Source: Naegleria gruberi (taxonomy: Eukaryota). Taken from it: DNA of 64,000 bases. Positions 11,301 to 20,712 of this stretch are shown here, piece by piece. The notes below the pieces were generated by a model. It saw only the letters and a list, made by a program, of their open reading frames with translations, did no database searches and was not told the DNA's origin. The stretch lies in the NCBI GenBank assembly GCA_000004985.1, contig GG738854.1. One strand, given 5' to 3'. Position 1 is the first letter of the stretch, and each line of letters begins with the position of its first letter. Position numbers and translations under genes: made by a program.

Positions 11301-12928
11301 CTTCAATGTGTTTGAATTAATGGCTGCTCCAAACTGGGCACTATTATTAATAAACTGTGAATCAATAACCTTCAAACTGTCTGATGCTATCTCTGAAAAT
11401 TGTTGCAAGTCCAAATAACGAACTGCAGATGCACTGCTCGTTCCCTCAAAAACACATCCAATAATGGATCCATTCCTCACATTTTGTAAGAAGAGAGCTC
11501 CACCATCATTGTCCAAAAATTTTGTACCAACCACAGATGTAGCTTGTGAATCAGCAATAGCAAGAACAGGTAACGTGCCCATATTACTATTTTCCATAAA
11601 GGCAGAGTTTGCAACCAACACAATGTAATAATTTTGAATGGAAACAAAGTGACAGGTTGTGTAACTGAATTGAACATTGGTAATAAAAGCACTAGTACCT
11701 GTCAATGACTCACTACTCTTAACTTGTAAACTTCCAGTAGCATTAAAGTTGGTATCAGAGATTTTAACTTTGGAACACGTTGCACAAGTCATGGCACCAA
11801 CACTGTAACACTGACTTCCAGTGCAATTTGTTGCAAAATTGCTCTTCTCAATTGTGAACTGTCTAGCTGTGTGTCCAAAGATGAAATAGTGTTTTGGTGA
11901 TGTGGATGTGCACTTTTGAGTTGAGGCACCAAGATCTTTACTTTCATCCAAACCAATTGTTACATAACTGGATGCAACATTGAGTGTAAAGGAAACATTT
12001 CTGAATAAAGCTTCACAATTATTATCCAATTCAAAATCAATATATGATTCAGATGGTCCTAAATTCCTCACCACTTGCAAATTTTCATAAAAACAAGTGC
12101 CACCTGAACATTCAACATAAGAATCGACCAGTTTAGAATTTCTAATGACAATATCTGGTTGCCAAGTTGCCGAAAACACATCAAACATTCGATTCAACTT
12201 GTTCATCTCCACCTCTTCAAATATAACTCTTGTTGTGTAAATACTCGAAACATAATCATTCTCTACTGCAATCACAGCATTAACATCCCAATTTACAAAG
12301 GCAATATTGGTGAATGATATTTCCATTTTGAAAGGATTGATTCGTATAAAGGGAGAATAATCAGCACATGAAATGAAAGTCTTTGACAATCCATAAAAGT
12401 TGGCAATAATCTTGCTTTGGATAGCCTCTGAATTGTTATAGTATGGCAAGTCAATTGCACAATTATTACTACCATCACTCACATCTATATTATTCAATAA
12501 ATAAATATTTAATTCTTGTTCTTCCGCTATTATTACATGATAATAATTATAATAGTATTATTAGTATTAATTTACATATGATGATGATTATTATTAATTT
12601 ACATGATGATCATTAATTTACATTGAAAATCAACAAAATTACTATTCGCATATATAAAAACAAACTACCTACCTGTACTAGTCGTATTGAACAGCACACT
12701 CCACCTCTCCAGTACATATTTTAGTGAGTTACATGGCTGAGAAGGGGTAGAACAGGGAAAGAAGTTATTGTTACTGCTGCTACTAGCCTTCGGATCAATG
12801 TAGACACTACTCATTATCTTGGCAATTGTGGTGTTGATGGTCAAAATGTTGAGAAACGATAGCACCACGAGGATAGAAATCAATCGCCACACCTCATGAT
12901 CCCTTCGGGTCATCATTGAATGTCTCAT
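8340..12928 (-). CDS. Receptor-type protein kinase with Pmp-like beta-helix ectodomain, paralog 2
   Basis: Exon 1 is 12928..12673 and begins MRHSMMTRRDHEVWRLISILVVLSFLNILTI (signal anchor). The intron 12485..12672 runs GTAGGT..ATAG; an alternative acceptor would place the exon 2 boundary at 12526. Exon 2 is 12484..8340. The ectodomain (roughly 750 aa) has many GGAVF, GGAIL, GGAMY, GGALY and GGAIF repeats plus FSQN, FQYN and FLHN motifs. The transmembrane segment is ALLISLGVIVALGLTFIILLTTLCLYFF. The kinase domain is in one exon: IGQGGESVIF, VAVK, HRDLKPENIL, DFGLGRE, YMPPE, DSYSFGIIMWELL. There is a long insert between subdomains IX and XI. Stop is TAA. Confidence 0.7.
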
Positions 12929-13126
12929 CCACACAAACTATGGTAATTGTTGGAGTTGGAGGAGGTTTTTTATTCTTCTTGCGTACGATATTATCATTAC
13001 GATGACCAAGTAGTAACATCCACTCAATATTGGAAGTAAACATTGACATGTGAAAATACATTTGATACTTGTCAGCAATATTGAAAATTGCATTGTAATA
13101 GGTATTATGAATATTTACATAATAAT

Positions 13127-14206
13127 TTAATGCTTGTCTGTGATGAGATAGGATAATTGGAGAGCTTCGTTCTCTGTTAAAATTCCATCACCATCCAAAT
13201 CGTAAGGTGAGAGAACTCCCTTGCAAATGTGGTAATGTGTCTCCACTTCAGAGACTTGTATTTTACCTTCCACTTTCAATTGTTCAATTGATTTTCTGAC
13301 TCTCTTTTTCCATTCTTCCAATTCATGCAAATCTTCAATATTAGGAATGCTTAGCATTTGGTATTGATTCATTTTGGAGAAACCAGTTTCTGTTTTCTCA
13401 TGTCTGAACTTTTCCAAATCTGCTAAAAAATCCTTCTTCACCATTGATATGGGTGGAGATTCTACATTATCAATATAATTGCTCAATTTTGGAATTACAT
13501 CCTTCTTCCACTGATCAACTGACTTGTTCATTACTTCTTCGTATAATTGTTTGAAAATCCAAGCTTTGATATTTTGTCGAACAAGGTATTGAGGGTGAAT
13601 TAATAAATCAAAAACAGTTTCCAAATCCAACTTGTTGAGATAAACTGCTGCATAGGCAACACAAGCTCTATTACTCAGAAGTGAGTCCTTTGTTTCTATA
13701 TTTATGAGATTTCTCAAGAGTGGTTTAATTTCCTTATCTATCACAACAGTTTGACATCCTACACAAGCACTTAATTTCAAGGCATAATTTGGTGTATCAA
13801 TTGAACTGTTTGGCAATTTAAGGGCTCTTTTGATCATATCTGCTCTCATTGTTTCCGAAAGAATAACAAACGGATTCATCAGTAAATTACAAAGAGATTG
13901 GAAAGGATAAAATTCATTATCAGAAGATTCTGGCAATTTTCTAGTTCCTCTCAAATCAGCAGATATAAACCCGTGATCTATTATTTGCTTGAAAATATCC
14001 TCATGGTCTTGTAACGTTTCCTTCGTTAATCCTCTCCTCAACTTTTGCATATTATCAACATCTCTTGCCCTCAAAAATCCCATAACACTCTCCTCACAAC
14101 CACTTCCAAGATCCGACAAGTTTGCTCCCGAAGAAAACATTGATAAGGAATCACTCACCGACGATGATGACGTTAAGTGTTCGCTGTTATTGTTATTGTT
14201 GCTCAT
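13127..14206 (-). CDS. Hypothetical protein with a C-terminal EF-hand-like calcium-binding loop
   Basis: 359-aa single ORF from ATG to TAA. The N-terminus is N/S-rich. The C-terminal DLDGDGILTENE sequence fits the DxDxDGxIxxxE EF-hand loop. No other recognisable domain. Confidence 0.5.
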   Translation of the reverse strand: MSNNNNNSEHLTSSSSVSDSLSMFSSGANLSDLGSGCEESVMGFLRARDVDNMQKLRRGLTKETLQDHEDIFKQIIDHGFISADLRGTRKLPESSDNEFYPFQSLCNLLMNPFVILSETMRADMIKRALKLPNSSIDTPNYALKLSACVGCQTVVIDKEIKPLLRNLINIETKDSLLSNRACVAYAAVYLNKLDLETVFDLLIHPQYLVRQNIKAWIFKQLYEEVMNKSVDQWKKDVIPKLSNYIDNVESPPISMVKKDFLADLEKFRHEKTETGFSKMNQYQMLSIPNIEDLHELEEWKKRVRKSIEQLKVEGKIQVSEVETHYHICKGVLSPYDLDGDGILTENEALQLSYLITDKH

Positions 14207-14301
14207 TACTATAGTAAATAGATATCTATTGGTTATAAGGGCGAAGCGTTGGGTTTTTTTTTAAAGTTTTTTTATGATACTTTTTAATTGTACAGAAAAA
14301 A

Positions 14302-14310
14302 GGCGCCAAA
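14302..14310. promoter_or_regulatory. E2F-like GGCGCCAAA motif upstream of the gene at 13127..14206
   Basis: The sequence aaaaaaGGCGCCAAAttt reads TTTGGCGCC on the other strand. It lies about 96 bp upstream of the minus-strand ATG at 14206. It belongs to the recurring GCGC-core motif described in the findings. Confidence 0.25.
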
Positions 14311-14689
14311 TTTCAATGCCAATTTTGTAGGTTGCCATAAATCCAATAAAATTCATGGAATTAAAGAAATTAGTGTGGCCGGAAAGATTTCTGGCTGGGG
14401 TATTCTAGGAAAGAGTTTCTTAAAGAAATCTTTCCTGGAAAATCCAGTAAGCAACATAAAAATGGAAGCAATGCTTCCTTAATAGTTTTGAGTCCGAAGC
14501 TAATTGCACAGTTTTGAGCCTCAAAGACATCAAAAGAATATTCACAGCAAACTCAACAAAGAAGTACCTTGCATTCATAAAAAATATCAATTTTATGAGT
14601 AGCTTATTTTCGGAGTGGTTCTTCATCTTCCCACTCCAAGAATTGAACCTCATCATCTATACATCATCAATATAATAGTAATAATAGTA

Positions 14690-15480
14690 GTTTTATGTGG
14701 AAGTTTATCGTTATGGAATTAGATAGTAATTTTGATATTGGAAAAATTCAAGTTGGTGAATCATCATCAGAACACACACCAACCATCATCATTAATTTTT
14801 ACCATCATTATAACAATAGTATTTGTAGACTTTAATTTGAGAATAGTATTATTTTGACAAAAGTTAATTTTTCACTAAATTGGCCAATATCTTCCGATGT
14901 ACTGGACCATTATCAGAAATTCAAATGTGGGATTATTTGTAATAGTATATAGCAATACATATTCGAGTTTCATAGATTGGAATTTTGTTTTCATCAAGAT
15001 AGGTACATGTATATATTCAAAATAATATTGACCATATTTCAACATGTACTTCATCATCAACCAAACTTTCTTCGAATAGTACCATTCAAATACTTCATCA
15101 ACAACACTCCGAATAATAGTTTTTGGATATTTGGAGTTTTCACCTTGTTGGTGGTGTATTCATCATTCACCATATATTTTCATCATGATGATTGAATTTC
15201 AACAACATAGTATCATTAGTAGGGATGTCTAATATCACCATCAAGAGAGTTGGAATTTTTCCACTTAGTATTCATAGAGTTGTGGAATTTTCACTTCATC
15301 ATATCTTTTATCATCAATATCATCAGCAAGTCCACTTCCGATCATTAAGGTAAATATCTTAATGGTCATCATCATCACACCATCAATAAAATTCACTAAT
15401 GGTGAATTTTCCAACAAGGTAAATTTCAAGGTCGTAAATCTTGCTGATTTTCCACCTTGAATTATTTCAATAATTAAATA
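14690..15480 (+). repeat. Dispersed non-coding repeat, copy A
   Basis: It aligns with 31430..32110 in the same orientation. Shared blocks include ggaaaaattcaagttggtRaaYcatcatcRgaaca...ccaaccatcatcatt...catcattataaYaatagta.tatttgtRg, a second block ttttcactaaat, and a third, aggtWcatgtatat...caacatgtacttcaYcaac...attcaaatac. Identity within aligned blocks is roughly 75 to 85%. No ORF. Confidence 0.5.
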
Positions 15481-15919
15481 AAATTATATTTTTATTATTA
15501 GCATTGTGTTTTCTTGTAGCAACATCTGTTTTATGTATTCTCCACTTGATTTCATCAAATAAAATAGTAAATTAGAACATGATGTCTTTTCCTAATATCA
15601 TTGGTTTGCTGCTTCAGAACAAAAAATTACAAATTAAGGTGGATTCTTCACATACAGTCACTTTTGCCATTATGGTAACAACTCAAATAAGGATGAATCA
15701 ATATTGTTTACTGGAATTTCCAGGAAACTTTTTTCAGCGAAACTCTTTCCTGGAAAGACCAGAGGAAAAATCTTTCCGGCTACAATTAGGAAAGATTACA
15801 ATTTGTGAATTTTGAAAGTGTGAAAAGAGCAACTTAATGGTCAACCAAGAATGAGGAACTGGCTGCCAAGATCGGTCACATGTCAATAACTTGAATCATG
15901 CAAAAAACATTAAAAAAAA

Positions 15920-16561
15920 ATGAGAATTAGACCATCTCACTTTCGTCGTTTATTCCCAGACGAATGTTCTATTCGAATGGTCGCTTTTTTTCTTCTCCTA
16001 ATCATTAGCATTATCCTTTGCATTGCTTGCCTTATCGGAACGATTATTACCTATTCCCTCTATCAAGGAGAGGATCCAAAATATTGGACACTTGACCGTG
16101 ATCCATTTACGATGGTTTTTGCACATACAAATTCATGTTATGTGAAAGACGTTGTTTGTTCGAGGAGATATTGTGATATATATATGGAATTTCCACTTCT
16201 TACTAGTATTGTCTTTTGGAATTATTCGTCATTGGCTAAAGTTTCACCTGGTGTAGTTTATGATATTTCGAATAGTTTTGATTATGCCAAAATATCTCCA
16301 AATATTACACTAGAAAAGAATATATTGTATGGAACAGCAAGAACTTCGGATCAATTTACAAGTATGCTTGGAAAAACTATTACATGTTTTACAGATTATT
16401 CTGAAAAGGTATACATTAGTCCAATAATTCCAGCCAGTAATGTAAATTATGAATTAGGAAATGCTGGGCTAGCTACTGCAATTTGTAGTGGAATATTCTT
16501 TTTGACTTCATTAGGAATGGTGTTTATTTACTTTTTTTGTGGTTGGCTTTATAAAACCTAG
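15920..16561 (+). CDS. Small membrane protein (N-terminal and C-terminal transmembrane segments)
   Basis: 213-aa ORF starting at taaaaaaaaATG and ending in TAG. There is an N-terminal hydrophobic segment (VAFFLLLIISIILCIACLIGTII). There is also a C-terminal hydrophobic segment (GLATAICSGIFFLTSLGMVFIYFFCGWLY). The region between them is Cys-containing. No known domain. Confidence 0.45.
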   Translation: MRIRPSHFRRLFPDECSIRMVAFFLLLIISIILCIACLIGTIITYSLYQGEDPKYWTLDRDPFTMVFAHTNSCYVKDVVCSRRYCDIYMEFPLLTSIVFWNYSSLAKVSPGVVYDISNSFDYAKISPNITLEKNILYGTARTSDQFTSMLGKTITCFTDYSEKVYISPIIPASNVNYELGNAGLATAICSGIFFLTSLGMVFIYFFCGWLYKT

Positions 16562-16678
16562 TTTCATAATTTTCAATTCGGTACCAAGAGCTTGGGATAG
16601 ACAAGCTTATCGAATCATCTCAGAAATACGAGAAGTTCCAAAAAAAGATAATTCGACAGAATAATACCAAGTAGTATT

Positions 16679-18863
16679 TTATTTCTTCTTTGGTATTTCA
16701 CCATTAGATGAGGAAGTTCTCTTTCTCTTCTTTTCATAGGTTGAGTTATTCGTTTCAGTAGTGCTTAGTTTTGATTCATTTTTTTCTGGATTGGAAACAG
16801 TATCACGTATGGAAGGAAAGAAATATGATCTGTAATCTTGTGTATCGACTATATCTGTAATGCCAAGTAATGCCAAGCATTCTCTTGTGGTAGGTCTTTT
16901 CTTTCTTTCTATGGCCACCATTTGTTTAAGCATGTCAAATAGCATACTACCCTTATTGGGCTCTAGCTCGTGGCATTTGATTGAAATTGTTTGCCATATT
17001 TCATCAGCAGTATTTTCCAACCGTTTCTTATCTATATCATTTTCTAATATCAATTCAATAAAAACTAAACCAAGAGAGTAGATATCAGTTTTTGGATGAA
17101 TAAAGTTTTTCCCTGTGGATTCCTTTTCAGGAGCATTGTAAGAAGAGGTTCCAGCAGTTGACTGTATCCACAAGTTTACGAATTTGCAAGTATCTCCATC
17201 TTCAATGTCAAAACGCTTGGCTAGTTCAAAATCAATGAATTTACAAAAAACGTTTGGGCCTTTTTTTTGGTCGACATTTGTTTCCTTAATAACTGTCGAT
17301 TTTAAATGATCCTCTTCTAATATTATAATATTACTAGGTTTAATGTCATTGTGTATTATCTTTCTTGAGTGAATGTGGTCAATTTCAAGCAGCAGTTGAG
17401 AAATAATGTGCAATTTTTCTTGGTGTGATCGTTTGTTAACAGTATTGAGCTCGGTTCCTGCAATTGATATCTCGATATGTTCTTTACAAACTACATCATT
17501 CACAGTTACTCTGTCATGAAGAAGAAATATATTTCCAATATCAATCCATTCTGGTTTTTCCGAAAGGAAAATCTTTACAAACACTGGTTGAGAGGAATGA
17601 TCAAGCACACCATAGAACATGTCTTTGGTAGCAGTACCTCTTCCTTGACCAGTACTTATCTCGAAAAGATACTCCTGAAGTGTGATAGTTGTTGTAAGCA
17701 CTGTGTCTAATGATGTCGTGAGATGAATCACCAACTTATCACCCTGTGAAATATCAGATCCACTTTCAATAGAACTTTCCATTCTCTTTCTTCCCATAGA
17801 CTCTTTGGTAATTGTGTCGATAAGAATGTTCTCTTCAAAATTAGCTTGTCTACTTGCCTCTAGTAAGAATGAAATAAATGTGTCAAGTAATTGTTTCTCC
17901 TCTGTCGTTGAAGGGTCAAGTGGAAACATCCCAACATTAAATAATTGATATTTGTATCTTTTCTTGATACGTGAAGTTTGTGGAACAAAAGCTTTAATTC
18001 CCAGCACACGAATAAACCTCTTCTCTGTCAGTAATCCATAAGTAACCAGTTTGTCGATTTGGATTGCATGTTTTTCAGAGGGCTTTATGTTTTTAAGTAA
18101 GGTGCCATGAACCATTCTTATTAGAGCCACTACCTTCAAGAAATCAGGGTGAGCAGTCTCGAAGTCTACCTTGTCCTCATGCCCAAACTTTAGACGATTG
18201 AAAGGAACGTCTTTCTCATTCTTTAATTCTAATCCGGAAAAATTATCAGGTGAAATAGTGCCCTGCAGTAAGTTTGCTACTTCCTTGCTGAGATATCTCG
18301 AGTTTTTTATCAAATTGCTGATAGAAACATTTCTAAATTGTTCTGAGCTCTATAATGTTTGGTTAAAAAACTTACTCATTAATTTTGAAGCCGTAGAGAG
18401 TAGGTAGTTGTAATAGTTTGTGGTATTTGGTGTTATTGGTATGAAACATTTCCTCTCCCAAAGAATGCATTTTGGTTGGGTGTAAGCAATCGGATAAAAG
18501 TTGAAAAGCTGCACTCAAATCTATCAAGTTGAAAACATCGACAACATGCCCAAATTTTTCAATGACCAAACGATAATGTGTGGAAATGGCTTCATTGTCC
18601 TGTTTGAGATTGTCAATGAGGCAGAACAATTGTTCTATGAAATTTCGAAAGTCGGTTATCACAGATACTTTTTGTATTGCAGCATGGAGGTTGTGATCCA
18701 AATGATGATGACGATCTGAAAGCCAAGTTACTTGCAATAAATCCTCTGCAATACAGAGTTTGTGGTTGAATTCTTCGGAGCCTTCTCTCCAGATATCTTT
18801 GCGAAGATCGAGGTTCTTTTTCTTGTGGAGTTCCTCAAGCTTTTCATCAAAGGATTTTGTCAT
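16679..18863 (-). CDS. Atypical protein-kinase-like protein (possible pseudokinase)
   Basis: Exon 1 is 18863..18376 (MTKSFDEKLEEL...). A 43-nt GTAAGT..TTTAG intron spans 18333..18375. Exon 2 is 18332..16679. The C-terminal kinase-like fold carries HNDIKPSNIII in place of HRD and IDFELAK in place of DFG. It retains GTSSYNAPE and DIYSLGLVFIELI. No glycine-loop GxGxxG was seen. Confidence 0.6.
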
Positions 18864-18879
18864 TTTTTTTATCAGGCAA

Positions 18880-18895
18880 TTTAAGCGCGAAATTT
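18880..18895. promoter_or_regulatory. Palindromic TTTAAGCGCGAAATTT (E2F-like GCGCGAAA) motif about 20 bp upstream of the ATG at 18863
   Basis: An exact GCGCGAAA octamer, the reverse complement of TTTCGCGC, sits inside an AT-rich palindrome in the 5' flank of the minus-strand gene. Confidence 0.3.
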
Positions 18896-19071
18896 AGTCA
18901 AATACATTAAGGCAAGACTTGTACCAATATACAATGTACTTACATTGACTCGTTTCGAACGAAATGAAGAATACTGACATGACGATGGCAGATTACTATA
19001 ATTATGGCTTGTTATGCGTTACAAATCCTTCAGAAAGATATTCCTTACTTTATTTGAATAAATAATTAATT

Positions 19072-20537
19072 TCAATAATCTTGCTGGGCAAGGAGAATGA
19101 TAACTTGAGAGGCAAGGGACATGTCATGAAGTGAAACGAATTCGCTCTGTGAAAATGTAAACTTGAATGAAAAATTCAGTAAAAACTTACAGTTGAGTGG
19201 AAATTGTGGCCACCTGCGAAAATGTTAGCAGTTGGAAGACCCATCCAACTCAATTGAGAACCGTCAGTTCCTCCTCTAATAGAAACTTGCTTAACTTCCT
19301 CAATATTCAATTCCTTATAGGTTTCGATAATGCTCTTTTCCAAGTATGGATACTTGTCAATGATTTGTCTCATATTTCTGTATTGCTTGGTGAAAGTTGT
19401 TTCGATGGTTGCATTTTGATGTTCAGATTGAAGTTTGGCAACAATTTCCTTGATAATTTTTTGATAATTTTCCAAACCTTCATCATCAAAAGCTCTCAAT
19501 AAACATCTAATAGTTGACTTGTCAACATTTCCATTAAAATCCATACAGTGAATGAATCCTTGTCTGTCCTTGCTTACTTCTGGTGTTAAAACTTGATCAT
19601 TTGAAAATATCAAATCCAAAAATTTAGAAGCGACTTTGAGAGAGTTGACCATTCTACCATATGAATATCCTGGGTGAATGTTAAATCCTTTGAAAACCAA
19701 GGTAACAAGATCAGCACTGAAAGATTCAATATTATAGGTTCCAACTTCAGCTCCATCAGCAGTAAAAGCAACATCAGCACCAAACTTGGTTAAATTGAAA
19801 TAGTGTGGTCCTCTTCCAATTTCCTCATCAATAGTAAAAGCAATCTTAATATCACCATGTTTAATACTTGGATTATTCACTAAATATTCAACAGCAACCA
19901 TCATTTCAGCAACTCCTGATTTGTCATCCGATCCCAACAATGTTTCTCCACTGGCAGTCACAATATCATGTCCAATCATTTTAGCAAGCGATTTTCCATC
20001 AATTGCATACTCTACAATTGTTTTTCCATTCACAACCAAATCATTGCCGTCCTTATAATTTCTATGAACAATTGGCTTGACATTTGCTCCACTAAGCTCT
20101 GTAGCAGTGTCCATATGTGCCAAAAATCCAATATTTGTCTTTCTTTCGACATTTCCTGGCAAGACAGCATATACATTTCCATATTGATCCATTTCAGCTT
20201 GCAAATTCAAAGCTTTCAACTCATCAAGTAAAACCCGTGCAAAAATTAATTGTTTTTCAGTGCTCGGAACAGAAGCAGAAAGTGCATCACTCTGTGTATC
20301 AAATGTTACATAGTGCAGGAAACGTTCTTCCAATCGTTTTCTCATCCAATCTTGTTCCGTGATGGAAAATTTGGAATTTTCATAAATTAATTTTTTAATA
20401 TTTGATGGTGATGATTGTTCTCCGTTGAGTCCGATCTGGATGGATTCTTCCTGTGTTGCTGCGATGACGGAATAAGAAGCAAGCAACAAGAGGAGAAGCA
20501 AGGGAATAAATTGTTTCATTTTTTTTGTAATCAACAT
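19072..20537 (-). CDS. Peptidase M20B family tripeptidase (PepT-like) with N-terminal signal peptide
   Basis: Exon 1 is 20537..19191. A 44-nt GTAAGT..CACAG intron spans 19147..19190. Exon 2 is 19146..19072 and ends in TGA. The signal peptide is MKQFIPLLLLLLLASYSVIAA. M20 motifs are present: FLAHMDTA, GSDDKSG, FTIDEEIG and GGTDGSQLSW. The spliced C-terminus, GGHNFHSTSEFVSLHDMSLASQVIILLAQQDY, matches the conserved PepT C-terminal helix. Confidence 0.7.
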
Positions 20538-20712
20538 TTATACCAGTTTACAATATAAACTCAACTCTGATTCTACTCTTGGTGTTGTTCCAATCAATTA
20601 AGAATAAGGGAACAGAGAACATCAGTTGTTTTTTGAGTTTTTGATATTCGAAAGATCAAATACTTTAGATATCTAAAGGAATAGACTTAAATGCAAATGA
20701 TAGAAGACGGAT

